Shown: in pieces, positions 52,719-64,000 of the stretch | How the letters are laid out: each line of letters opens with the position of its first letter | Position numbering within the stretch: the first letter of the stretch is position 1 | NCBI GenBank assembly: GCA_964188305.1 | Contig: OZ076901.1 | Direction: 5' to 3' (one strand) | DNA: 64,000 bases | DNA from: Podarcis bocagei | Lineage: Eukaryota | Notes under the pieces: model-generated | Database searches by the model: none | The model's input: the letters and a program-made list of their open reading frames with translations, nothing else | Told to the model about the DNA's origin: nothing | Translations under genes and position numbers: made by a program

Positions 52719-52916
52719 GGGAGAATGCTGTTTTGAACCATAGCGTTGAGGTGCTGATGGCCACGTCAGATGTTACTGGATGCGTATTACAACTACAACA
52801 CCTACCTGTGTCTATCTCATAGCATTTAAAGCAGCTACATCCATTCCCCCCCCCCCGGCGCCACCCACATCTGTGGCATGTGGGAATACTGTGCAAGAAG
52901 CTGCCGTTTGTCCTCC

Positions 52917-53326
52917 TGAAATATACTCAGAGTCGCAAAGTGATTTCATGCTCTTTATTCAGCTCATAGTGGTGAGGAGGAATGAATGAAAGTCCCCTCA
53001 CAGTATCTGCTTTATATACATTATTTACACAATGGGCTGCACATGATTGGCTAATTCCGGAATTCTACTGTAAGCCAATCAGGTTGTGGATTCACTTCTA
53101 TCTGGAGCAGGATTGGGTGGTTCCTGCCAACCAATCATACTGCTGCATTGTTCTAGGACCAATCAGACTGCTGCATTCTGAATCCTATTGTTCTAGGACC
53201 AATCAGACTGCTGCATTCTGAATCCTATTGTTCTAGGACCAATCAGACTGCTGCATTCTGAATCCTATTGTTCTAGGATCAATCAGACTGCTGCAGTTTG
53301 GATCCTATTCAACTCAGTACATAACA
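52917..53326 (-). mobile_element. Solo LTR, family A (410 bp)
   Basis: TG...CA ends; 5-bp TSD cctcc; four 40-bp repeats (53151, 53191, 53231, 53271), three with an intact CCAAT. Confidence 0.92.
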
Positions 53327-55392
53327 CCTCCATTTCCCACCATGCAATTCTCAACGGGCAAAAGAAACTATGTAAGAACTTCAAGACTTTGGCTGAATCA
53401 CTGGTGGTGAACCTCTGGAGGATCACAGGTTCCCTACTCCTGTTCTGCAACGGAACAAAAAGACTTGCTTTTGCTTGTTTTGTTTTTGCTTTCCCTTATG
53501 TTTGTCACCTCCTGCCTAAGTCTTGGCCCATCACTGCTGCCTGCAGAGCAAGTTTAGTTAATGGATAACGCAAGCTGTTATCCTTTGGGTGACGCAGGCA
53601 GGGAGGGAAACTCTTGCAACTGTGATTCATGGGGGGGGGGGTTAGCTTTTTCCTTGACAGTTTGCTCTGTGACGCCACACATGAGATTCAAAAGTGCTGG
53701 GGACTGTGTTTACTGATGCTTACGCCCGCAGAGTAGTGGTGGAGCCGAAGTCTTTCCCTGTGCGGGCAAGACTCCAAAAGGCCTTTTTTCTGCAGCAGAT
53801 TGCAAGCAGACAGTCGCAGTCATGTCTAGGACACCCTCGAGCTGCTTCTCCTGAACTCTAAGCACGGCTGCAGCTGCCATCAGTCGGCAAGATGGCATCT
53901 GTCTTAATTACACCCCAGGAGGTTTTTAAGGTAGCGCCAAGGCTCGCTCTTGTGCATAGGAGTTTAATTCTATTTAGACAGTTGTACTTAGATCTGCAGT
54001 ATAAATTAGGAGAGTGCCTTCCATACCTTTCCCCCCTAATAATAACAGATTAGATGGTATAATAAAATGCAACAGCAACTTAACCAGGGGAACAAATTAT
54101 CTAAGTCCTAGGAAAATGTAAAGGGCAATGGAAAATATATCACAGTCAGCACTGTGGTGTCACCACAGAGAAGACCCTGGTCTCTGATCATCATTGGTGC
54201 TACCTCTAATGGAACTAGAGAAGGGTCTGTGAGGGAAGGTTTAAACTTAAAGGATACATCTGAATCACGATTATACCATTTTAACAGTAATAACTTCCCC
54301 CAAAGAATGCTGAGAACTGTAGCTTGTTAAGGGTGCTGAGAGTTGCGTTAAGGCTCCCTATTTCCCACCCTGAATTAAATTCTCAGGGTGATTTAACAAT
54401 CAATTTCTCTTCACATGGAACTTGGGGAATTTGTAGGTCTGGGAAGGGAACAAATGCAATATATATTTCGCAATAAAATACAACCATATATAAATATCAG
54501 ACAACATGCAATATGTAACGAAACAAAAACCAATAAAGTCAGTCACCTTAGCTAATCAGTTCACAATTACTGGGCCATGAAAGTATTTCAAAACAGACAA
54601 CTCTGTCATGTGCCCATGGAAGTTTATTGGCTGTGGGGCCTTTGGGGTGTGTCGTGCTTGTAGGAAAACGAGTGGGAGATATTACTAAGGAGAATATGGC
54701 TGCTAACACACATTGTATTCTACAATTACTGGCAGTTGGGTACTTGTTCCCCACCACCACCACCACCACCACCACATAGTCCATGCACAGTCTAAATCGA
54801 TTGCCTGCTTTTTGGCCCTGAAAAGCACTTCTTGAGAAACTGCTTTCATTCCGAAAACAAAAGCTCACTGCAGATGATTCCACATTACCAGATCCTGGCA
54901 AGAAGTGTGGAGCCATCCCTGCCCCGTGACATTGTGGGCGGTTGTATACCGAGATCACAAGCTCTGCTTTCTCCTCCCATCACCTGGGTCATGTACAGGG
55001 AGGAAAGGTGCGGAAAGCCTAATAAGGGGCAGGTTAATGCATTATCAAGTAACCTTGCATGCCCTTGTGGACGGCAGGATCTAGAATCAATCTAGGCTGA
55101 ATGCAGCCGCGAACAATTCCGGGCTGAGAAAAATCGTGTTTTTGTGCTGCAAGGGGGTTCAGCGTGCATGCAGCAAGTGACTTGTGTCATCGGGTCAAGG
55201 ATGGAGGAAAGAACCACACCTTTGTCTCAGATGGTCACTGTGTGCCTGACCTTTGTCAGCGGTGCCCAGTGCATGACGATCTGGCTGGGTCGCTGTGACC
55301 AGCCAGGGATTCAGGGAGCCCTTAAGGCGGTTTTGCTAATGAGCGCAGCAAGGACCTAGGACAAGGAGAGGCAGCCCGCACAGTGCCCTGCT

Positions 55393-55406
55393 GTCACCAT
55401 GGCAAC
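55393..55406. promoter_or_regulatory. Candidate RFX X-box
   Basis: gtcaccatggcaac fits GTNRCCATGGYAAC. Confidence 0.45.
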
Positions 55407-56008
55407 AGCAGTTCATCCCGTCTGCAGGAGGGGAAACGGGAGGCACAAAAGCATGATCTCACAACAGATCGACCTCTTCGCCAGCCAGTTCCGTCTTCTC
55501 TGACTTAGTAACAGTGCCAGCCATGCTTCCCCCCCCCCAGTGTGTGGGGCAGGGAGGGGAATCCCAATTTAGTTTTGATTACGCACCAGTAGCCAATTGC
55601 ATACCTCCTGACTAAATTCAAGATGTGGTACATATCTTCAGAATGTATATAACGTCTAGGTGCATCTTTTATGGGTAATATCTGCTATATATATTATGGG
55701 AAATGGCTTGTCTGTTTGTTTGTTTGCTTGTTTGTTCTCTGTGCTTTCGGACACCTCTTGCCAAAGTTGGCTTGAGGGCTCCCAAGATGGGGGTGGTGTT
55801 TACTGTTGACCTTGAGCTACTGGCCGCCATTTTGAATTAAGGTAGCGGACTGAAACGCGACTTTGGCAGGACTTTACCTACCGGTAATTTTTGGCATGAC
55901 AGGTGCAAACTGACAAATTACATCCTCTGTTTAAAAATCACAGATTAGTTTTGGTTTCTAAAAATTTCCAGTCAGAGCCAGGAAACACCCCCCCCCCATA
56001 GTTACATA

Positions 56009-56094
56009 AAAGGTAAAGGTAAAGGTACCCCTGACTGTTAGGTCCAGTCACGGATGACCCTGGGGTTGCGGCACTCATCTCACTTTACAGGCCA
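56009..56094 (-). mobile_element. 5'-truncated Sauria SINE
   Basis: (aaaggt)n tail; flanking duplication agttacata. Confidence 0.8.
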
Positions 56095-56156
56095 AGTTAC
56101 ATAAGTTACATATAAATTCACTGCCAATTAGCTGCCAAGTCAGGGTGCAATTTTTC

Positions 56157-56504
56157 AGGTAAAGGTAAAGGGACCCCTGACCATTAGGTCCAGTTGCAAC
56201 GACTTTGAGGTTACGGTGTTCATCTCGCTTTATTGGCAGAGGGATCCAGCGTACAGCTTCCGGATCATGTGGCCAGCATGACTAAGCCGCTTCTAGCGAA
56301 CCAGAGCAGAGCATGGAAACACTGTTTACCTTCCCACTGGAGTGGTACCTATTTATCTACTTGCACTTTGACGTGCTTCCGAACTGCTAGGTTGGCAGGA
56401 GCAGGGACCGAGCAACGGGAGCTCACCCTGTGGAGGGGATTCGAACCGCCGACCTTCTGTTCAGCAAGTCCTAGGCTTTGTGGTTTAGACCACAGTGCCA
56501 CCCG
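56157..56504 (-). mobile_element. Sauria SINE
   Basis: Reverse complement of the 31785/33753 consensus. Confidence 0.93.
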
Positions 56505-57078
56505 TTTTTTCATGTATTAAGCACTATATAGCCTGTAAGCAGGATACCTGAAATATCATCTCACATTTACTCTGCAGGAGGCACATTCCCCACACTGTAG
56601 GAACTGAGCCTTTCATGTTGCGGCACCAAGCCTTTCACTTCCTCTCATGTTAATATTAGACAGGCGCTGTCTCTATTTCCCTTTCGGTGCCTACTGAAAA
56701 CCTTCCTCTTTCAACAAATCCTTCAAGCAGCAATTGTGACTGTTTTTGAGATGGTTTTAAGGCTCTGTTGCTTCTTGCTTGCTACTCTGTGCCTCCTTTG
56801 GGAGGAAGGGAGGGATATAAAGTTAATACCGGTAAATAGTCATATGAATTGGCATTACAAAATTATATTAGAATTGTCAGAGGAAAGAAGAAAAACAAAG
56901 CAACATTATCATATACGTAATCGCCACATGCAATGAAATCACTGTGTATGATGATTGAAGGTTTCTGGGTGGGGTGGGATCCCTAGAACTTATGGGTCCT
57001 CATGCACGACACGTATATGGCCACATTCTGCCTAGCAGAATGTACACATGCAGCTTAAAATAGTCATCCCTCTCCACC

Positions 57079-57487
57079 TGTTATGTACTGAGTTGAAAGG
57101 ATCCAAACTGCAGCAGTCTGATTGGTCCTAGAACAATAGGCTCCAAATTGCAGCAGTCTGATTGGTCCTAGAACAGTAGGATTCAGAATGCAGCAGTCTG
57201 ATTGGTCCTAGAACAGTAGGATTCAGAATGCAGCAGTCTGATTGGTCCTAGAACAATGCAGCAGTATGATTGGTTGGCAGGAACCACCCAATCATGCTCC
57301 AGATATAAGTGAATCCACAACCTGATTGGCTTACAGTAGAATTCCAGAATTAGCCAATCATGTGCAGCCCATTGTGTAAATAATGTATATAAAGCAGATA
57401 CTTTGAGGGGACTTCCGTTCATTCCTCCTCACCACTATGAGCTGAATAAAGAGCATGAAATCACTTTGCGACTCGGAGTATATTTCA
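57079..57487 (+). mobile_element. Solo LTR, family A (409 bp)
   Basis: tgttatgtactg...tatttca; 5-bp TSD ccacc; 40-bp repeats, TATA ~57387, AATAAA ~57445. Confidence 0.92.
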
Positions 57488-58327
57488 CCACCGTTGTTCA
57501 TTAGGGCAAGCAAGTGAATATCTGGAGTTATTAGCTACTGCATTACAATTTGCATTTATTACCGTATGTCACAATTGTAAAGGATCATGGATGAGCAGCT
57601 CCTTTGCATGTAGAAGGTTCAACTTCAGGTAGGGTTGGGAGAGGCCCCTGTCTGAAACCCCAAAGAGCTGCTCTCAGTCAGTGTAGACAATGCTGAACCA
57701 GATGGGGCAGTGGTCTGTTGTTGTCTGTCTGTCTGTCTGTCTATTTATATCCCGCCCACCTGGCTGGGTTTCCCCAGCCACTCTGGGTGGCTTTCCGCAA
57801 AATATAAAAAATAACAAAATATCAGACATTGAAAAATGTTCCTCCTCCCTCACCTCATCTGCCCACAGCTATCCCAGACTAAAAATCATTTCTGAGAACA
57901 TGCCGATACCTGCCTTACCGCTGTGGCGGCATAAACCAGTCATTAGGGAAGGCTTGGCATGTCACCGTGCCAATGATGACACATGCTTTTCCTGGTTTCT
58001 CCTACCTCTGAAAACGGTGCCTCGCAGCAAGCTCCTCATTTTGTCTTCACGACAACCCTGTGGTGTAGGTTCGGCTGAGACGCAGTGACTGGTCCAAGGT
58101 GACTCGGTGAGTGTCCTGGCCCAGTGGGGATTTGAACCCTGGTCTCCCAGGTCACAGTCTAACGCTCTGGCCACTCCACCCACACCAACCACAGTCTATT
58201 TGGACAGCAACTGTCTAGGGATCATGGCCTCGGGCTGAGAGAGAGAGCTTTCTTATCACCTGTGCTGCTACCTGATCCTTTTAGCCAGGGATGAACTTGT
58301 GAACTTCTGCACGCAATGGATATCTTT

Positions 58328-58810
58328 TGCTATGTATTCAGTGGTCTGCGTTTGCCTGAGCTTGAGTCTGGACTAAGGATTCTAAGCTCCTGTGTTCTGA
58401 TTCAATACACGATGTCCAGTCACCAAACATTTCAGGATTTGGGCCTCTGCCATTGGCCCTTGAACTCCGAGTCGTGATTCGTAGCTTGGAAGTTTAGACA
58501 GCCAATCACGAGTGGGAGTGGCCCAGGCTTTCAGGAATGTTTATAAACAGTTGCTGTGCCCCTGTTTCCCAGTTATGTACAGTGGTCTCTCGGGTTAAGA
58601 ACTTAATTCATTCTGGAGGTCCGTTCTTAACCTGAAACTGTTCTTAACCTGAGGTACCACTTTAGCTAATGGGGCCTCCTGCTGCCGCCGCAGCACCACC
58701 ACGTGATTTCTGTTCTCATCCTGAAGCAAAGTTCTTAACCCAAGGTACCACTGTAGTTCAATAAAGGTTCTTGCTGTTATCTTGCCTCATGGGAACCCAC
58801 CTACACTTCA
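58328..58810 (+). mobile_element. Solo LTR interrupting a SINE and containing a MITE
   Basis: tgctatgtattc...cacttca; 5-bp TSD tcttt; CCAAT, tttataaa and AATAAA in order. Confidence 0.82.
58580..58753. mobile_element. Tigger/pogo-like MITE nested in the LTR
   Basis: TA|cagtggt...ggtaccactg|TA; reverse relative of 38710-38940. Confidence 0.88.
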
Positions 58811-59076
58811 TCTTTTACCACTGAGCTATGGCCCTTCCCCCTAAATTTAACAGCTACATCAGGCAGACAGGGAATCATTCCTGTCCCTGCGTTTCCAAGC
58901 TCACAAACCCTTTTCCCTGTTTGATTTCCTCCTAGCACACTGCTAGTCCCATGCTGCTAGCATATAGTATGTCCCTGTCAGGATATGGGGGAAATTCCTG
59001 CAAAACGCTGGGTTTCATTGGACTCCCAAGTCCCTGCTGCCCCAGCCAGCATGGCAAATGACCAGGGCTGGTAGAA

Positions 59077-59215
59077 ATCATAGTGTTGGAAGGGACCCTA
59101 AGGATCATCTAGTCCAACCCCCTGAAATGCAGGCGGAATATGTAGCTGTCCCAAACGGGGATCATACCTGCAACCTTGGTGTTGTCAACACCAGGTACTA
59201 ACCAATTGAGCTATC
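59077..59215 (-). mobile_element. tRNA-derived SINE with CR1-like tail
   Basis: atcatagtgttggaaggga..catctagtccaacccc..ctaaccaattgagcta. Confidence 0.65.
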
Positions 59216-59378
59216 CAGTGGTGTAGCGTGGGTTGTCAGCACCCGGGGCAAGGCAAGTAATTTGCACCCCCTAACCCGTGGATTTGCGCCCCCTAACCCG
59301 TGGATTTGCGCCCCCTAACCCCCAGATGTTGTGCCCAGTGCGGCCGGCCCCCCCTGCACCCCCCACGCTACGCCACTG
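59216..59378. mobile_element. hAT (Tip100-like) MITE with ~22-bp internal repeats
   Basis: TIRs cagtggtgtagcgtggg / cccacgctacgccactg; perfect TSD gagctatc. Confidence 0.9.
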
Positions 59379-59595
59379 GAGCTATCCAAGCTGGAGTTAG
59401 GAAATAATCCAACATATGGAGTCCCAGACATTGCCTGTCTTGTGACTACGCATTGGGGAACTATTTCGCAATGTAACTACATGCAACCAATCCAACTTCA
59501 CAAAACAGAAAGTGCTTTTTTAACATTGCAGCAACCTGTCCTGGCTGGGTGCCCTCCAGATTCGTGTTTCCATTCCAGGATGCCAAATGCTCAGG

Positions 59596-60242
59596 TGTGA
59601 TAAGAATTTTAAGGTCTTAGATATGTAATAAATGTTCATAAACGTACCAAGCAAACACGTACATAAATATATAAACCACATGTCTGAAAACCCCACAGAA
59701 AAAAGTCCTAAACAAACTGACCTCAATTATTTCTCTGCAAAGTCAAAGTGGGAAACCTCCCCATTGTCTCTTTCCTCACAAATCCTGTCTTAAGGGCACA
59801 TTTAAGATATGAATAGCGTGTGAGCCTGTGATCTGGCTCAGGAACTAAATATTTATCATTACAAAAGACTGGCCAGGCTCCCCAGGCAATCCAATCAAGT
59901 GACCATTAATCAGGTAACCTGGCAGACAGGAGGTAAACAAAGCACTCAGATTTCTGCTGTAGACCGCCCTTTCTGTGATGTAGGTATGATGTATCAGCGG
60001 GGGGGTGGTCTTGAGCTACACCCCTTCTGTGATGTATGTATGATGTTTCTGGGGGTGGTCTTGATCTACAGGGTGGCAATTTCAAAAGTCTCTAGAAGCG
60101 CTTGCACACCATTGTTCTGGGTTCCTCCTCTCTCCTGCAAGTGAGGGGAGCACCCTGTTGCAACAGATCAACCTATGTAAGGACTCTATATGGGCTCTTG
60201 GATACCCCATAAGGGAAAAGGGGTAGATTTTCGTTTACAACA
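59596..60242 (+). mobile_element. Probable solo LTR (ERV-like, 647 bp)
   Basis: tgtgataa...ttacaaca; 4-bp TSD cagg; internal ~50-bp duplication at 59967-60070; strand tentative. Confidence 0.7.
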
Positions 60243-60599
60243 CAGGGGTGATGGGAATTGCAGTACAGCAACACCCATCGGGCCAGAGGCTCCCTGCCCC
60301 TGTTTTAGCCTCTGCCCCAAGCAGACAGCGCGCAGGGGGGTGGCTCAGAGGCAGAACAGATGCTTTGCATGGAAAATGTCCCAGGACGTGGGGGGAGAGA
60401 GCCGCTACCGATCAGTGTAAACAACTTGAGCCTGGCGGTGCTGTCCCTTTAAGCAATTGTATACAGTGGACTCTTAGGCCAGTGCATTCAGCCCAGCACC
60501 CTGGGAGGCTGCACTCTTCCAGAGGCACAGGGGAGGCTGCTGTACTGTGTCCTGAGCTAACCAGAGATACAGGATTTTTGCATCTCCTACCAAAATCCT

Positions 60600-60955
60600 G
60601 GGACGCGGGTGGCGCTGTGGGTTAAACCACAGAGCCTAAGACTTGCCAATCAGAAGGTCGGCGGTTCGAATCCTCGCGACGGGGGTGAGCTCCTGTTGCT
60701 CAGTTCCTGCTCCTGCCAACCTAGCAGTTTGAAAGCACGTCACAGGGTAAGTAGATAAATAGGTACCACTCCAGCAGGAAGGTAAACGGCGTTTCTGTGC
60801 ACTGCTCTGGTTCGCCAGAAGCGGCTCAGTCATGCTGGCCGCATGAGCCGGAAGCTGTACGCCGGCTCCCTCGGCCAATAAAGTGAGATGAGAGCCGCAA
60901 CCCCAGAGTCGGCCACGACTGGACCTAATGGTCAGGGGTCCCTTTACCTTTACCT
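60600..60955 (+). mobile_element. Sauria SINE, full length
   Basis: Same consensus; 12-bp TSD taccaaaatcct. Confidence 0.95.
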
Positions 60956-61307
60956 TACCAAAATCCTATCTTCTCTTCCAGCCAGCAGAAATATATCTCT
61001 CCCCCCCCCTTTCATTGTGCACATTGGTCTCTCCCCATCCACCCCCAGAACCCTGGAAGGAATGGATCCATCTACTCTGCCTTTCCAGGCACAGCCATGG
61101 AGTGTGGAGTTAAGGTGACTCCAGGAAGACCCTTAAGGGGGCCTGAGTCTGAATGCCAAGAATATCTTGGCCTGGGAATAACAGCACAGATTAGTCAGTG
61201 CATCTTGAAAGCATGTTACGGCCCAGGAGCTCTGCAATTTGAGCGCTGTCTCACAAGGCCAGCAGCTTTAAACCAGAGATGGGCAACTTGAAGCCCTCTG
61301 GATGTTC

Positions 61308-61426
61308 ACAGAATTATAGAATTGAGAGTTGGGACCACGAGGGTCATCTAGTCCAACCCCCTGCAATACAGGAATATTTTGCCCATGACCCTGAGATTAA
61401 GAGTCTCTTCTCTACCAACTGAGCTA
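61308..61426 (-). mobile_element. tRNA-Lys/CR1-tail SINE
   Basis: Same family as 1731-1870. Confidence 0.7.
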
Positions 61427-61445
61427 CAACTCAATGTGGTGTAAT

Positions 61446-61709
61446 TGTTATGTACTGAAGTTCTCACCCTGGGCCAGCAGGGGGGTACTGTAGATAGTTT
61501 TCACTCAGGTCCACATATGCAAATAAGGACTTGAAAGTGACGTTCAGTGATTGGATAGTTACAGAAAGTTGTTACTGTTGCGTTGTAGTGGAGCTCTATA
61601 TAAGCACGTTGGCTGAACCCTTCAGTTCTGTTCAGTTCAGTTCTGTGAATAAACAAGAGCTGTTTGAAGAATCACTGTGTCGCCTGATATGTTCACCCAC
61701 AACTTAACA
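61446..61709 (+). mobile_element. Solo LTR (264 bp)
   Basis: tgttatgtactg...cttaaca; 5-bp TSD gtaat; ATTGG, TATATAA, AATAAA. Confidence 0.9.
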
Positions 61710-62364
61710 GTAATGACACAGAAAGCTGAATTTCTGCTTGTGAAGAGCTGTTAAAAATACAGGAGCCCCACGGGGAGGGGGGGTACGTGTGGCTGCCATT
61801 TCTTCCCACATTGCGCTAGATGAGGGTGGGGACACTTCTTGAACCCAAGGGCCTTGTTCCCTCCTTCCGGGGGCCACATGCCAGGTGGGAGGAGCCAGAA
61901 GGAAAAGTGGGCAGAGCAAAAAATGCAAATTTTACCTTTGTTCAATAGGCTGGTTTCCTGCACCCCTCTCTACCTTCCATCCAGACAAGGAAAAGGCATT
62001 ATCAGAGTTCACGGAAACGGCCCAGCCAGGTAAAGCACTAAAGGAGGCTGTGAAGCAACTCTGGCGTGGCCAGGGAGATGGAGTATGACCCAAGGAGTGT
62101 TCAAAGGGCCGCATTCACACACGCACTGGCCCTGAGGTTTCTTGTTGCTACACTAGAGCCTTATCTCTAATGAATTTCATAGGCTCCATAGAGGAAATCC
62201 CAGCAAATACCATTGGATATGGCAGCCAAGGAATAAAAAAATGTGCATTTTCTTAGGCCATGTCTCCAGCTATTATTAAATCTTAGCTTATAAAGCTGTA
62301 AGAGCTGGAGTATTAGCACCATATTAGCCGTACTGCTTCCAGGAAATTTTCCAAATAATGGAGA

Positions 62365-63065
62365 TTTAAGAATGTAAGAGCCCAATTAGCAAAAATGTAT
62401 AAAACATGCTCAAATGTATGCTGGGAATGTAAGGAAAAAGAAGGCAGCTTTTATCATATGTGGTGGACTTGTAAGGTAGTAAAGGATTTTGGGAAATGAT
62501 ATATAATGAGTAAAAAAAAAATGTTTAAAACAACCTTTGTTAAAAAGCCTGAAGTCTTCCTTTTAGGAATTCTAGGTGCCAAAATCCCAAAGGAGCAGAA
62601 AAGACTATTTATGTATGTGACCACAGCTGCACAGATGTTACTGTCCCAGAGATGGAAAGAAGATAACATCCCTGCCAGAGAAGAATGGCAGATGAAGTTA
62701 ATGGGCTATGCTGAAATGGCTAAAATGACTAGAAGAGTCAGAAATCAGGAAGACCAAACTTTTAATAAGGAATGGGAAAAATTTATAACTTATCTTAAAG
62801 ACCATTGTAAACAGTTAAAATCGTTAGTAGGATTGGAATATCACTTGTAGCTGAAGGCTGAATTCTAGACATAATGGAAGAGGTAAAGAATTTGGAGTAT
62901 CATAAAAGATGCAGGAGGAAATGATTAATAATAGGACCCGCAAAGGGGAGGGTGGAAGTCCACGAGATTGCTTGGAATCTTGCTTTTATTATTTATGTTT
63001 GATATATCCCTGTAAAATTTTAATTTGAAAAACCAAATAAATAAATTTGTAAAAAAGGGGAAAAA
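62365..63065 (+). mobile_element. L1-clade LINE 3' fragment
   Basis: CWECKEKEGSFYHMWWTC, then KKPEVFLLGI..WEKFITYL; A-rich tail. Confidence 0.88.
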
Positions 63066-63173
63066 ATTAAGAACCCTATTGGATCAGAGTGAACGGTTCA
63101 GCATCCTGCATTCCCACAGATGCCTCAGTGAACCCTGCAATCATGGCATGATCTCTGGCAGTATGGCATTCCT

Positions 63174-63546
63174 TGTTGGGATACTGCCAGGGAGATAAAG
63201 TCCATCATGGCCCCCAAGCCGGCTGCCGGACGATCCATCGACCGCCCGTAGACACGCAGTATCAGCAATTAGCGACATGAGCTCCAGAACATTCTAGAGC
63301 CGATGCACACTCTTTATCAGCAGATAATGCACAGCCAAAAGTTGCACTCAGGAGAGCATTATTTACAGGTTTTATTCAGCGTTGATCAGAACAAAGAAAG
63401 ACATGACTGCCTGCCTGCTTCAGTGTCTCCAGACACAGAGAAAGAGGAAAGCAATAGATAACATAAACATCCTGTGAACAGGAAATTCGCAGACTCTGTG
63501 ACTCACAGCCTGCTCCCTTTTAAGGTGGAACGGAAATATCCTAACA
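63174..63546 (-). mobile_element. Solo LTR (373 bp)
   Basis: tgttgggata...tatcctaaca inverted termini; 5-bp TSD ttcct; TTTATT ~63371. Confidence 0.85.
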
Positions 63547-63647
63547 TTCCTCTCCTCCACTGCAACTTAAATTCAGAGGCACTGCCCCTAGACCTAGAAG
63601 CTCCACTGTTTTCTGTACACCATTTGGCAGACTGTCACGTGGTCTAT

Positions 63648-63965
63648 CAGGGGTCAGCAAACTTTTTCAGCAGGGGGCTGGTCCACTGTCCCTCAGACCT
63701 TGTGAGGGGCCGGACTATATTGGGGGTAAAATGAACAAATTCCTATGCCCCACATATAACCCAGAGGTGCATTTTAAATAAAAGCACACATTCTACTCAT
63801 GCAAAAACACCAGGCAGGCCCCACAAATAACCCAGAGATGCATTTTAAATAAAAGGACACATTCTACTCATGTAAAAACATGCTGATTCCCGGACCATCC
63901 GCGGGCCGGATTTAGAAGGCGATTGGGCCAGATCCGGCCCCCGGGCCTTAGTTTGCCTACCCATG
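63648..63965. mobile_element. hAT MITE with internal duplication
   Basis: TIRs caggggtcagcaaact / agtttgcctacccatg; gtctat on both flanks. Confidence 0.8.
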
Positions 63966-64000
63966 GTCTATGTAAAATAAATTTGAATATAGCCATCATG

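Noticed and set aside
52312-52896. Longest ORF in the track (194 aa)
   Set aside because: Chimera of flanking DNA and a truncated L1-clade ORF2 C-terminus
53151-53310. CRISPR-like regular repeats
   Set aside because: Head-to-tail 40-bp repeats without spacers inside an LTR, in eukaryotic DNA
52917-57487. One full-length LTR retrotransposon or a large TIR transposon
   Set aside because: Copies are inverted, each has its own TSD, and I saw no gag/pol or transposase between them
31835-60878. Recurrent MAEGAGVQLPGHVASMTK ORFs suggesting a small gene family
   Set aside because: Antisense readings of Sauria SINE copies
42530-64000. A second protein-coding gene such as ZMIZ2
   Set aside because: No recognisable non-TE peptide or exon chain; small or non-coding exons cannot be excluded by eye

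Overview
Vertebrate genomic DNA, not prokaryotic. It is a squamate reptile, probably a lacertid lizard, inferred from Sauria-type SINEs with ACCTTT tails, BovB and tRNA-Lys/CR1 SINEs. The left two-thirds (5479-39782, + strand) hold most of OGDH (2-oxoglutarate dehydrogenase E1). I traced 22 coding exons with GT-AG junctions and consistent phases: a mutually exclusive pair (one lacks, one carries the DADLD Ca2+ site), a 45-nt optional insert exon, and 19 constitutive exons ending at TAA 39780-39782. The DADLD, no-insert path gives 883 aa in this window. The N-terminal exons are not visible, and a 200-N gap lies at 2723-2922. A probable ~2.7 kb 3' UTR ends near AATAAA 42505. I recognised no protein-coding gene in the last ~21 kb, which is rich in mobile DNA: six TSD-flanked solo LTRs within 10.6 kb, L1/BovB/CR1 fragments, SINEs, and hAT and Tc1/mariner-pogo MITEs, some with long hairpins. 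The best signals are the splice-regulatory architecture around the Ca2+-sensing exons (likely steric distal branch point, very long AG-exclusion zones) and the solo-LTR cluster. I found no convincing evidence of a wholly new biological system. Repeat family names are from memory, not database searches.
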